From Octopus vulgaris (lineage: Eukaryota), in assembly GCA_951406725.2 (NCBI GenBank), contig OX597815.1:141050001-141114000 (forward strand): a DNA stretch of 64,000 nucleotides, read 5' to 3'. The position numbers and the translations under genes were made by a program. Positions 49,950 through 64,000 of the stretch are shown in pieces; the stretch's first letter is position 1; every line of letters begins with the position of its first letter. A model generated the notes under the pieces. It was not told the origin of the DNA. It made no database searches and saw nothing but the letters and a program-made list of their open reading frames with translations.

Positions 49950-51799
49950 CTGTGTGTGTATGTTTGTGTATACATGAATGATCATGTGTTAAAATGTTGA
50001 AAATTACAAGATGCCATAAAATAATATAATTTTAATCGATATTTTTTTCATCATAGACAAGTTTTCGACTATTTATTTGAAACAGATAGAATTAAGTTTT
50101 ACACTTAGCGAGAAGCTAGCGAAATATCTAATTCTCATCCAAATTACTTCGAGAATATTCTACGAAAGTGTATTCCTAATATTAGTAATCTGACGATAAT
50201 TATCGTCAGCCGAGTCTATATTGATTAGTGTTTTTTCATTATTTTTATTAAGCCTTTCTTATCACAGGCCTGCTCGGTAAAATACATATTAGAACTCGCT
50301 TGGGAATTCTGAAGCGTGAAAATTTACAAAGTTGTAGCATGTTATAGTAGCATCCGAACTAAGCGTATCAAGAAATATAATCAAAAACATCGTAAATGTC
50401 ATTTCTTTACATTGGGACCTCGATTATTGACTTCAGATCCTTCAATAAATAGAATATTTTCAGTAGCAATAAAAACGTTGTTCATGCAACATGTAGTTGT
50501 ATTGCACCAAACACTTGTCCATTAAAAGTAATTATCTTTGTAAAACTTAACTATATTGTACTAAGGTTCTCTGATGCCCCAGTATAGTCACACCAACTAC
50601 AACCAGCAAAATAATAGAATAATTATGCGTGTCTAAATATCATAACTTAGTCCTCCAAGGATACTAATCTATTGCCGGCCGACCCGCTAGAAATAATACT
50701 GTTGCTCACATACTTTATAACAGAAATTAACATATTTATAGTAAAATTTCCATGCTTTAATGATAGAGAAACTACAATGTTTAGAGTAATAAATCCGTAA
50801 CCAAAATTATGATCCTTATAATAGAAAATACCCGAAGTCATAACGAAAAAAAAAAACCCCAGTAAGTCCATACATCACAGAATTAAACCTTTTATGATGC
50901 AATGTTCCTTATCGGTAAGCAATACTAAAGATTATTCCCCTTCTCATATATTTAATAGAACTATGATTTCGAAAACACAAATGGAAGATGATGAACTTAA
51001 ATGCGTTAATGCAATCATTCAAGCAAGTATCGACACATACTTTACAAAATAGATATTTTGGTAACGATAAACACAGCGGCAGAATGTATAATCTAATACA
51101 CGTAGCGAATCTCATATTCTCTTTACTGCACACATATCAACATAAGGTATAGTGACACACATCATAAGAAGATAAAACAATGTAAGTATAAGAAAAATCT
51201 GACATAAATTGAAACACAATAAAAGTGACAATAACATTACGAATCAACATTAATCAGCATGAATCATCTTAAACCGTTCCCAATTCCCAATACTGCAAGT
51301 TACAAGATAGTTTATGAGAAATAAATGCCTAATAATAAAATATAGATTTTACTACAAAACAAAAAAAAAATCAAAAGAACCTAATTTAGTGAGTTCCCTT
51401 AACAGTTCATCCCTAATAGGGTAAAGGCCCACACATTAGCAAAAGCCCAAATAATACTCAAAATGAAGGTTGCAAGACGAAATCCAGAAAATACGTATGC
51501 GGTTTTGCTTAGTAAAATAGAAATAGTGAAGCACAAGTAAAATCAAACATACAAATTAACTACAACAGGGAAGAGATATCGTGTGGGGAAAAGAATTTTG
51601 GAAGGGAAACTAAAACAGAGAACACGTGATTAGGGTTCAGATATTCTATGAGAAACATTCAAAGAAAATATGAATTAAGAGTTAAGCATGAACAACACAT
51701 ACGAAGTAAATCTTCATGGAAATTAATAACAAAAATAACAGTGATGCAACGTATGATATAGAATGAAGACTATTTAGACGAAAAACGTTATCAATTGTT

Positions 51800-53350
51800 A
51801 TCAAATCCCAGTGTGAGATCAGCAAACACAAAATTCATATAAAAGTGATAAAAAGAGAAGAAAAGGGAAATTAATAAAAACAGTTATACAAAGCAAGAAT
51901 GGAACAAGTAGAACAGATACGAGCCCAGTAATTGTTTGAACTGCTAAGTGTATATATTTGTAGGAAGTTAGGGGAAACATTATTTAAAGTATAGTAAAAG
52001 AGACTACAATAAAAAAAAACTGAACAGGTTATTAGGAAAGGAAAACAATTTTCCCAAATGAAAATGGATACATTTGAGACCATCACTTTCAAGCAAAGAT
52101 TAAGAACATGAGCAAATCACTAATATATGTGAGTGCGCGTGAGTGTGTGTATTACAACATGCCAGCCGCTCATCTGGAATATAAAATGTGTCAGAAGATC
52201 TGAACTATAATCTCCAGGAAATGGATGGATATAAATAAGAGGTTTAGTAAACCGTAGAAATTCTGATAATATGTATGAAACCACATTAAGTATTTCTAGA
52301 GTACGGAGATGCCGTCTACAAACGAAATACATACACAATTATCGCAGCGAATCATTCACCCAACGTGGAATATATAGAAAAAATAAGAACATTTACAAAT
52401 TAACAATTTGTCTGGAAACCCAGGCGTCCCTATTCTCATTAAACAGAGGACATTTTATGGATGATTTTTACAACTACACACCATTTAAAGAGCTGTACTA
52501 TTAATGGATTTGTTGACTCAAATTTATCATCATTAAAAATGCTCTTCATACACATTAACTATCTTCCTCCAATGAATTCTTTAGAAAATAGTTGCAAGGG
52601 TTAGTAATTGTCTAGAGAACCTAATAATGTCTGTAAAAGGACTGTAAAAGCAATATAAAAATGAGCATGCTACATGGAAATATGATGCTCGTAGAGTATT
52701 GAAATTAACTAAAATACTGAATAAGTTTAAATTGATACAGACACCGCAATCACAGAATTACAACATAAACATCCATAAACTAAAAGTGGCCTGACCGTCA
52801 TATTAAGTGCCGATAATAAACGCACCCTACTCAAAACAGCAATTCAACTTTTTCAAAAGTGTTGCAAGGTAATAGCATTTAGTTAGAAGCAGATAAAAAG
52901 AAAACATTCAAATCTAATTCACAAAATTGTGAAAAATTCCCAAAACTTTGCCACGAAAGAGCAACTGACATACCACTCTTTTAAAAGTATTTAGGTTTCC
53001 ATATACCTCTGAGGAGTAGATGGTGTCGTGGCCAATTATTTGTGAGCGACAGGATTATATACAAGTTTATCCAATCTTCAAGCCACAGACCATGTCCACA
53101 ACGAACACAAGGCAAGAATCATTAACCAAAGTTATCGCCAAATTAGTGTCGTGATATCTAATTATATTATCGGCAAAAGAAAGATTACTAGATATGAAAA
53201 ACTAAATAATTGCTTATATCTGTGGAATCACCCTGAATATGCAGTTCCTTATGAACTCCAAAAACACAAGCTATTTCTGTGTTGAAATCTATTGAGAGAG
53301 TGAAGCTAGGGAAATAGGTTGATGGTGCAAAGCCGAAGTATACTTGATAT
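51800..53350 (+). mobile_element. Possible old RLE-type non-LTR retrotransposon remnant
   Basis: Ordered weak motifs SPG..G, QRGI, HFMDD, EYAVPYE and EARG. No long ORF. Boundaries are approximate. Confidence 0.3.
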
Positions 53351-54211
53351 AATGAAGTGGGAAATAATCAACCTGCTGGTCAGAAAAAGACAGGAAAATC
53401 AAACGATACAAGGCAAGTTTCAGAGAGTATTAATACCAACTAAAAAAACAAACAAAAACAAATAAGCAAGAAAACCGGTTATCAAAGATTACGAGGATCA
53501 GCCTTGACACCAATGTTTCATGAGCATGTTGTTTGCTATATAAACCAGAACTGAGTATGTGGAAGTGTGTACAAGTCCTTGATACAGACCGAGAAGTAGA
53601 CTAACGTAAAGAGTCACTAATTTGTCTAAAGCCCGGGTCTCAGGATACGAGGATGTTGATCCTGGGATTTCAGCCACATTTACACATCAGAAGTAAACGA
53701 GAAGCGGAATCCTGATGGCCTGAACTGAAAGTTAATTCTAAATTTGATAGTTTAGCTGATCAAAGAAGGAAAGAAAAAAAACACTCACCGTACAGATAAA
53801 AAGAACGTATAGTATGAACATCAGGCGGCATAAGATGATAAATATTATCGGTTTCCCGACAACTGAAGAGGTGGGTCATGAATTTAAAGATGCAGTTTCT
53901 ATCTTCGCAGTTGTCAAGAGGTGATAGGGACAGAAACTGGTGGACTTCTTTGATGCCCTCACCTTACCGATGTTGCCTTAAGCCTACAGTCCTAATTTAT
54001 AAGTTTTCTTTTGTTTTCAATATAGTGTAATTCAGTTTTTTAATTGTAACTAATTATTATATACATACACAAAATTACATCGTTTTTAAACGCCTTTTGA
54101 ACAGCAAGATTTGTATTGTTATATATGGGTCCTTGTGGGCTATAAAGAAAGGAATATTTTTAAACAGGCTTGTAGAAATCATTTGTAATTGTCTTCATTA
54201 TACTTCTTCAA

Positions 54212-54212
<1 letters not shown>

Positions 54213-54298
<86 letters not shown>

Positions 54299-54320
54299 GC
54301 TGCTACTGCTGCTACTACAC
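54213..54320. repeat. (CTA)n-(TAA)n-(CTG)n microsatellite
   Basis: Directly visible. Confidence 0.93.
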
Positions 54321-56584
54321 TACTCGCCTGACAGGATGCCTTCCTTTGTTTTCATTATATTCTGACTGATTTATGAATTACCACTTGCTTCACTAATATA
54401 CGAAGTATTTAAAAAAGGATTTATTCTCTCTAATTACCATTACTTAGTATCAAGATTTTGCTGTCTGCATTTATCTCTTTTATGTTATAATAATTCAATG
54501 TAAATGACCATTTCGTGCCGTTTACTTTATCCAAAGGTTTAACAAAAGGCAATATCACATTGTTTTTCTCTTAGATATTAGCTTGAAAATAAAATATGAT
54601 TTTTCGCCTACGAATTATACACTATAATTACTTCCCGTGAACATTTATGCTTTTATACAGTTTAGGTGTTGTTAAATGCGCAGTAGTGTTGCAGCTAGAA
54701 TTTGTTTTTATTTTTTTTCCATTAGTAGAGAATAAATGGATCTTTTAACTTATTTTCTATGTTACATGATATAATTTAACAACCATTATTACACTTACTA
54801 AATTATGTGGTTTATATTTTGCTTTTATAATTCAAAAATTAATTGCTGTTCTTTTTCAAAAATATAAAAGAAACGAGAAAATATTATTTTATAGATTTTT
54901 TGATAGCGTATTTGACTAAATTTGCCACTTTAATTGCTTTCCTGTTGCACAGTATAAAATCTATGCGTACCATACTTACTGTTTAGAGCTTTGTCAGTTG
55001 CATGTAAGCCGCCGCATGAGGTATTAAAATTTTTAAAAAAGCAATAACTTCAATTATTGATGCATTAAAATCATTGCAATCAACATGATTTCCACCAAAA
55101 TTTAAATAAGCCAATGTATGTGCAAAATAGTGAAAGAAGCATCATCCATATGAAAAATGCGTTAATATGATGATGTTTAAGTAGATAAATGCATACCTAA
55201 AGAAAATTCATAATCCAAATATAATTGATGTTCATTCAATAATTTAGTACTTGACAATTCCAACATCATAATTCAAAACACATTTACCCACAAATCTGAA
55301 AACTTCCAAATATAAATAAAAGATAAACTGATCTGTTGAAATATATGTACAAACTGAGAAACTAATAAACATACTTATACCCATATCATTCAATGTTCTT
55401 TTGAATGCAAGAAACATTTTCAGCGATATCAGGCGAGTCGCTGGCTTGTATTTGCAATTTGTTTTACACGTACATTTATGAATATAGCGCTACACAAGCG
55501 ACAGAGATGCACACACATGCACAAATTCTTGTATTCACACACATATATCCTGGTTGTGCAAATATAGTGACAATGAAAGATCCGATACCAATACAATGTT
55601 GGCAAGTCATGTAGAAACGAAAAATTCTGCCATTGAGCACATCTTTCTGTTAAACATCAAATATATTTAAACAAGACTGTCGCGAATTTACAGTATTCTC
55701 TATGTTTATATTCAATTTTCAAAAAATTATACTATATATATTCATTCCCATGCACATCTTTGTTTTGTCTGTTAATATTTATATTTTATTTGCAGACATT
55801 TCATATTATTTTTTCTTCTTTTAGTTTCCCTCATATTTCCATATTCCTAAATCCTCCTCTCCAATTCCTCCAACTTATATTGGTCATAACAGTAATATTC
55901 ATTAATGAATGAGGTCTTACCTTTATTTTCTCTTTGCCTATTTACAGCCCTTCTGTGGCATCCAAATATGTTCTACTTGCCCTATTCCATAACACATTTG
56001 TTTACCATTTCCTTATAATTGGAAACGAATACTCGGAGGAACATTTTTGGAAGCCTCAGCCTCGAATACATACATACATGCATACATACATATACACATA
56101 CATACATACACACATACAGATATACATACATACACGCATAAATACATACGTTCGTAATACATACACACATACATACATGCATGAATACACCAGTGGGTAT
56201 ACGATACAACAATTATTATATTGGAACCCAGACGAGATTCAAAAGGGCACAGCTATTGGAAACAAAAGCAAAAGAGAGAAGAGGCACTCAAATGTACTAC
56301 TTGTCATATCTCTTGTTCTCTACACCCTCACTTTGTCCTGTAGCTCACCACTATTCCAACTTTCCCCCTTTTCTCTCCTCCCATGTCCCTTTAGTTTTTC
56401 TTTCTGTTTAATATCCTTTATTTTCTTATATAGTTTTCCCGTCAGTATAATGGTCTAAAATGATTCTAAAATGCTTTTACATCTAGGACGCTCTCTCTCA
56501 CTCTCTATTTCCTCCTTTCTCTCTATCCCACATTCAATCATCATAGTTAACGTCTCTTTTCATTGTCATCGCCTAGCCTTTGTG

Positions 56585-56771
<187 letters not shown>

Positions 56772-57977
56772 AAAATTACAAAATGGGACAAGAACGCAAA
56801 ATATCCAGACAGTTAGGTGATACTAAAATGGGACAACAAAACATCCAGATGTCAATGCAAAGAAAACAAGGCCCCGTCATTCGAAGTTTTCTTTTCTCGG
56901 TCAAGCACCAGATTATCCTCGCAATTTCGGCTGATTATACTTGAGAGTGCTCCAACCTGGCCAGCCCCAAGGAAAAACTAAGCTGAGAGCATTAGATTCC
57001 TTGGAAGAAAGCTTCTTTGGAAGTAACGGATGTTACACAAATACAATAAAAATATAAGGATATAACAACAGGCGTCTTTCGACTAAGGACGAATGTGTGC
57101 GCGCGTGTGTGTGTGTATGTGTGTGTGTAGCGTTCTTTACTTGTTGCCTCCACTAAAATTCAACGTTATATTTCATGTATTAGCTCTCATCGTATCTCTC
57201 CTTTATACCCTCTCATCTTCTCACTTTTCGAGGTAACGAGTCACGGTAGATTTAAACAGTTACCTAACAATTGATATCGGCTATCATTATACGGTGGTTA
57301 TTCATTGCATTTACGTATACAAATTGATTTGCAGATTTTATACTACTATCACACACATGCTAAAAGTGCAATATCTAGAATGGTGCACCTGAAATGTACG
57401 CACGGCAATGTATTAATCCAATCCTTTGGATATCTACACGAGCGTACTTCTGTAAATTATACCAAGTCGCAGTAATAACGACAGGAAATTTTCAGGTGAT
57501 GTTTTAAACAATACACTGAAGGAACCCATGCTGATGTTTAAATATTTGTTACTGTTGTCAATATAAGATAATGAATCGCCTTTGTATATTTCAATCTATT
57601 CATTGTCCCTGACACAAACACTCACTTGTCTCCTTATCTTTCTGAATATATTTCATGCATCTGCGAAACGACATCATGCTGCAAAAAGGCTCTATGGATT
57701 TTATATTTTCCTAATCATTATGTTTTTCGTTCATTGTCACACAATAATATACGGATATATATATATATATATATATATGAGAGTGGGGAAGAGACAGAGG
57801 GAAGAACAGGGAGACACACTGAGAAGGACAATCTGATGGATGGAAAAGGGGAAAAAAGAAAAAACAGTAGCGTGATCTGTGCTCATATGCATACATGCAT
57901 GAATATACCTACACACACGCACACACGCGTACACACACCACACATATCCGTGCACACACACACATATAATCCTCCCA

Positions 57978-58022
<45 letters not shown>

Positions 58023-58161
58023 ATGCATACACGCTTACATACACATATATGCATACATACATGCATAAAGTTTGGCTTCTAAATGTTTCGCTTAAAACAC
58101 ATTGTTCTCCCCAGTATTGTATAATTGTAGAAGACACATTAAGATATCCGTGAAATGGACA

Positions 58162-59112
58162 CAGTAATCCCTCGACTATCTCGGGTGTTCGTTCCAAACA
58201 CCCCGTCATAGGTGAAAATCCACGAATTAGAAACAGCAATGTACTGAGATCTTTGTGGTTTTCTCTCACTGTTTCCAATTTTGTTCCAATATTCTTTCAC
58301 ATTTCGTATATAGATTAAGTTCTGTATACTTATTATGAAAACGTAATTCATCTTTCCTATAAATCCATAATCCAATTAAAAATCTATCAGCCTTTAAAAT
58401 TTGCAAAATTTTAGTATTTTAGTCAAGTAATTTATACATAACCGTGGCGAAAATTTCTGTTTCCATAGTAACTAAAGATGCTGCGCATGTGCACAAGGAG
58501 GAGAATTATCTTTCTCGCATCTCACAAGAAAAATAATTCATTCTATAAAATCTTAGAGCGTATTGTAAACTTTCGTTCTTGAATTTTTAAAAGTAATAAC
58601 TGTCTGTTTTAAGCAATGTTATGATTGTTATTTCTAGTGACACTTGTTGGTTTCTTTGTAGTTTTTAAATATTTAATTTCTTCGCGAATGTTTTAATGTT
58701 AACTTTGCTCGTGTATATTTTAATATTTGACTGTCATTTCTAGCAGTGTTTTGAAATGCCAATGAGCCCTCCTCGATGAAGGAAGAGGGAGCGAAAGAAA
58801 ATTCTGAAAATTATCAAACTTTGAACACCTGTAACATTTTTGCAAAAAATTTTTTCTGGAATATATGAATAATAAATTACGATCAAAAATTATATCTACA
58901 TGACACGTTAAAAAATTTTTTTAAAGGTAATTGTAAACAGTGACGAAAACCATAAAGATTCTTGTACGGTATTTTCATTTTTGTTACTTTTATAACTTGT
59001 ATATATATATATATATTTTAATTATAAATGCAAATCAACACCATGGAGGAATCGACGTAAGCTTAAATAATAAACCACGATAGATGAACCGCGATATAGC
59101 GAGGGATTACAC
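58162..59112. mobile_element. pogo/Tigger-like non-autonomous DNA element
   Basis: Left CAGTAATCCCTCGACTATCTCGGG; right CCGCGATATAGCGAGGGATTAC (reverse complement GTAATCCCTCGCTATATCGCGG). TIR style is Tigger-like. No transposase seen. Confidence 0.6.
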
Positions 59113-60755
59113 TATAATATAAAACGATATAGACATTTGGAGAGTGAAGTACTGACGTCAATGTAATCTATTAGCAACTTCAAAGAAATTGCTGGCCATG
59201 CGTCTAAAGTAGAGGTCAATTACATCTCTATTAATTAGTGGGACCACTGAAGAAATTTTTAAGGAGAAGCAAAAATAGAAGACTGTTTTTACTAGATATA
59301 ATAAGTTGTCCCGATCTTTTCCAAGTGTAATTAATAACTTGTCCTGTAATTTTCGAGGTTCGTAATCTTAAGAATATGTTTCTTGCTCGAATTTTTCTAT
59401 GTAATCCATGATTTTCCAAGCTATGCTAATTAATAATGTGTGAAATGTGTCAATTAGCGGTGTCGTTGATAATTTTTTCCTTAACTCAGTGACGCTGATG
59501 ACATATATTAAAAGTCCCCTTATGAGATTTTATTCTTAAAAAAAGTACAAAACTACATTATCACCCTCAAATTTAAGAAACATACACTCATAATTTTTTC
59601 TTTTACAACTTCGTTGCCTGTGATTGATATCATGAAATTCCTCAAATTGAGCTTCGTCATTTAAGTTAGATTAAAATATAGTTTGCTTTGAAAATAAAAT
59701 ATAAAACTTAATTATATTTAAATCCAATTTTTTGCCTTGCTTATATTTCTCCCTGATATTTTACCTCACAACATTTTTTATACAAAGTTTTGTTGCATGG
59801 GACCAATACTATGATATTCATCATGATTTCTTCTATCCTTGAAGCTAGGATAAATATATTTTGCTTTTAAAATAAAAAAGTTATTTAGATCTAAACTTGA
59901 TTAAAGGCGATACTTATTCTCCTATAACGTTGCTACATATTTTGATGTAAATTTTTTGCACTAGATCAAATCTGAATTTGTTATTTCAAGATGTCGCTTA
60001 GCTGCAGTCCTCATCAAAAATGCTAACAGTTTTCAATTTAGTTAAGAACTGAATTTGCAACAAGCTCTGAAAAATGCTGCATGTGAGTAAATTGCTGCTT
60101 TAAGAATATTATTCAACTACTACTGCATTTGAATGATATCTTGCTTAACTGTCTTTTATTCTGTTTATTTTATTCTTAGATATCCTCACATTTCTAATAT
60201 GATTTTATTGCGTTTTTACTTCTACGTAACAAAATTCCAATGAACCTTATATTTACAACTACAGAAAAATACGTTTACATCACAGAAAAGTGAAATACAT
60301 GCAAAAATGTTTTTTACCTTCTGGCATAGTTCGTTTTCGATGGCATGCCATTAAATATTAAATTTTCTTTCCTTACGCACAGAAATAAACCGCGAGGGCA
60401 AGGTTAAAATTAAATGAATCATCACAAAATAGTATAGATAATTAATAGAAGTGAAACATTCTATTCTGAATTTAGAAGTTACAATATATATAGGTATATA
60501 ATGTTGATAAGACTTAGTTCTTCTACTTCATATATTTTTTCAGAAAGAAGGATTATTATCATATAAACGCGATGGAAAATATATATTTGTATTAATGCTA
60601 TCAATAAACGATGTATAAGTCATTATATAGTATTCAGTATTGCTTAGATTGAAAACAAAATATATATGAATGTATATTCAATTGAGGCATCTGTTTATAC
60701 ATATTAGATTTAGAATTAAAATCAGAAAATAAACATTAAGGACACGTCATCTTTG

Positions 60756-60756
<1 letters not shown>

Positions 60757-60830
<74 letters not shown>
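60757..60830. repeat. (CTA)n microsatellite
   Basis: Directly visible. Confidence 0.96.
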
Positions 60831-61069
60831 TTACCAGCATATAATACTATCGCTACTATTTGTTCATAATGACGGTGACTAATTCAGGCACAGGGATAGC
60901 AATTTTGAGGGTAACTGCTGAAAATTTAGCCACGTCTGCATTCATTGATATCTGTTTACCTATTCATTATCAACGCTGTGCTATAAGAACTTAAAGTTGC
61001 AATTAAATCGAAATATGTCCCTACGGGAAATAGAAAACATCTAAATAGCAAAAAACATAACTACATCCT

Positions 61070-63630
61070 AGATGTCACACCAGCATACTTGGTGAATGTC
61101 AGGGGCCTTGTAACGTCTCCTCAAGGCAATGCACCTCGCTTGAGAGACTTAGTTACATGGCACAGAGAGAAACACATCTGAATGCTGACAAGAAAAAAAG
61201 AATTTGTGGTGAAGAGGTAATGTACATCCGAGATGTCACGCCTGTAGTCCTGCTGCCAAATTCAAACTCAGATTGTGACACTCTGGTAGGACACATTAAA
61301 CAGGCCAAAACGGTAATATCATCCACCAGATGTTCTACATCATGGGGACCCTTTTGCAAAGAGCCTAAAAAAATGCAACAAATATTATTCAAGCTAAATG
61401 ATACCCTTCGCTTACTTCTATTAGATGACAACTTCCCTAATGACGAAGAGGCTGAGGGCCGCTATCTTTCGAATACGTCAAGGCATAAATAGAACCAAGC
61501 TAACTCTTCGTTCTACCTGACAAACATGCCATTTATGGAGCAAATAACGCCCACCCAACAAAGAGTGAAAATGCACTGGACGTTTGCTTCAAAATTAACG
61601 CGGCGCTCATCCATAATGTTAATTCGGGCTTCACTAATTTGTCGGACAATAAGGAAACTAACAACATATGGAACGCAGAGAGCTGCAGACATGCAGCTTA
61701 GTAGATGCACCAAACTCCTTTCCAGCTTGAACTTTGATAACGTTGAGTGAAAAGGTATTGAGAAAGAGGACATGGTAAAATCTGGTCTAGAAGTCCTTCT
61801 CCGCAAGATATTGGGATAAAGCTACAGTAGTCTATGTCAACCATGCATGGCATATACAGTAAGTTCGCTCCACAGAGAAAGTCAAACCGACAGAAAAACA
61901 TAATTGTCATGGGTAGGAAAACACTAATGAGACGACGAGCAAAGAAACCGTCTAGGTGGGCCACAAAAGAATGTAAAGACAAACTCTAAAACCTGAAAAA
62001 GAATCTGCTTCAGTATGGTACGGGAGAGTGTCACTGTTCAAAGAATTTGGCTCCCCAAATGCATATCCCCAGAGGATAAGTGAAATACAAAAGCGTATTC
62101 ACAACTCCGTTGGGACACTTGCGAATAGCTATACCTGATGAACTATTCGTCACCACAACTCTGTACAAAGCGATGGTGACTGTTGATTACATCGAAATGC
62201 AGGAGACTGATGTAATATTAGGCACTGATAAAATGAGCTTAAACTAAGCCACAGGTTCGGATGGATTTCCATTAGTCCTCTTGAGTAAATGCAAAGAGGC
62301 TCTAGCAATGCCGCTATACATCCCATTCCAAAGCTTCCTTACAACTGGGAAACTTCTCAGAAAGTTAAATGAATGCATAACATGTTCTTCCCGTAAGCTA
62401 AATGTCAGCTAAATCATGGAACACTTTGTCTGGAGGGAGTTGATCACATTCCCAGCCATGAAGAAACTACCTTACACAGCTCCAGCATCATGACGAATGG
62501 GCGTTGAAATAACTAATGAATAGCTCAAACATGGATATGCTATATCTCAATTTTGGAAAAGTCTTTCATAAAATTGGGCATGGCATGGTATGTCACAGAC
62601 TACGGAGACTCAGCATAATGCAAAACTGGGAGAGTGTTTACATAACTTCTTAACAGACAGAAGCCACGCTGTGGAAGCTATTGGATCATTCACCAAGAAG
62701 ACTGTAATTGCAAGTGGGTTCTGTCTGTGAACTGTCTTGAGATATGCCATCTCTTAGAGAGACAGCAAACGAAACTAAAATTCTACAAGCACTAAATGAA
62801 CCTCTTGAAGCTAACCTTCTACAGAGAGACCTGGATGCCATTTATAAAAGACTTGCAGAAAACCGCATAAAATTTAATGCAAAAGTATCCCAAGCCTTCC
62901 TCCAACACCTAGCTTCTGCTAACATACCGCAAGAAAGATATTTCAGTACTGTGCGTGATTTGGGGATTGGTATGAGCAACAACGTCTGGTTTCACGTGCA
63001 TATCACGAAGATTGTGGCAATGTGCAGGAGAATGGTCGGATGAATTCTGTGAATTTTCAGATCAAGTGACCAGCAAACTAAAAACGGAACTTGAGTTCAG
63101 CGGTACTATACTTGCAAGATTTCATCATTGGAACAGCTGAGTTACTGGGAGAGATGGCAAGGTCTACGACCCTACTATTTGGAGCGAAGACGAGAGATAT
63201 ATGCAGAGATATACGTATGGAAGATCCTGCAGGTGTTGGCAAAGACCTTTAGCATTGAGAGATATGCCAGCCACCGAACGAGACGTCACTGCTCGGTTCT
63301 AAAGGTCCCAGCCATCCCACTTGGTGTGACGACCGTGAACTGTAATTTCTTGGGATTCAACAGGCCATGAATATTTAATACCTTGCCAAACATCTGTCAG
63401 ATCTGTATGGAGTGAGGGTAGATTCTTTTTAAGAAACAACTTGACACCCTGCTGTCAAACGTTCAAGAAGAGCTTACATCACACAAGAAACTCAAAAGAA
63501 GGCAGGAATATTGAACACCTGCCTTCACCCACAGCCAATCACATAAGAATGTTCATTGCAAAGGTGATGATATTGGCGATGCACAGCATGGCCACAGCCA
63601 GTGGGCTGAAAGGCATGAACGAATAAAAGA
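61070..63630 (+). mobile_element. Old CR1-group LINE ORF2 (APE + RT), heavily decayed, with 3' UTR
   Basis: APE echoes LVNVRGL, ETHL, VMYIRD and DDNFP. RT echoes ATGSDGFP, YLNFGKVFHKIGH and VRDLGI. C-terminal LSYWER...YLERRRE.Y..IYVWKIL and FKKQLD. Tail CAGCATGGCCACAGCC..GCTGAAA. Confidence 0.8.
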
Positions 63631-64000
63631 TTAAATGATAAATCAACAAGCGAAAGTTTTGTTTAATTTTTCAGTTACCGTGTGCTTAAGTTTTGAAATA
63701 AAATATAACAGAATTAGATTCCATACTGTCCTACAGCAAGAAAAAAATCAAGTCTTCGAAATAAGTTGAAACAGTTAGATTAGAATTTTTCGGAAGAAAC
63801 ACATGTCTCCAGCTGTCTTAGAAAATTATAATGCAAAAATTCTACTGAGTTTTTTGTACATATTCTTCGTGTCAATAATAGTCAAAATGTCTCAGCAGAA
63901 TGAAATATAGGACAGAATAGAAAAATGCCCGTACGAAGACCGCTAATGAATAACGGAGTATTTGTCAAAAATGACAACGTTGACTTTGATGAATATGAGA

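Overview
AT-rich, repeat-saturated eukaryotic DNA. The SINE families, microsatellite load and LINE set resemble a cephalopod (octopus-like) genome; this is an inference from recognition, not a database result. I found no host exon, rRNA, true tRNA or CRISPR array, so the window reads as intergenic or intronic. Most ORFs in the supplied track are microsatellite read-throughs. Real content: (1) a near full-length R4/Dong-clade RLE retrotransposon (minus strand, about 2.4-6.4 kb) abutting (TAA)n, plus two 3' fragments; (2) a young-looking, GC-richer, 5'-truncated CR1-type LINE inserted inside a Penelope GIY-YIG region, creating a chimeric 687-aa ORF; (3) several Penelope remnants and six hammerhead-ribozyme-like motifs, one with an intact core, often beside long inverted repeats including a 1.2-kb palindrome; (4) hAT (Buster/Charlie) and Tc1 transposase remnants and several MITEs; (5) an ORF1-only LINE-like element; (6) three tRNA-derived SINE families, one sharing its 3' tail with a CR1-type LINE in the window; (7) short junction fillers apparently copied from sequence about 1.3 kb away. 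I cannot support a wholly new system. The best leads are the Penelope-CR1 fusion ORF, the hammerhead/palindrome elements and the templated fillers.
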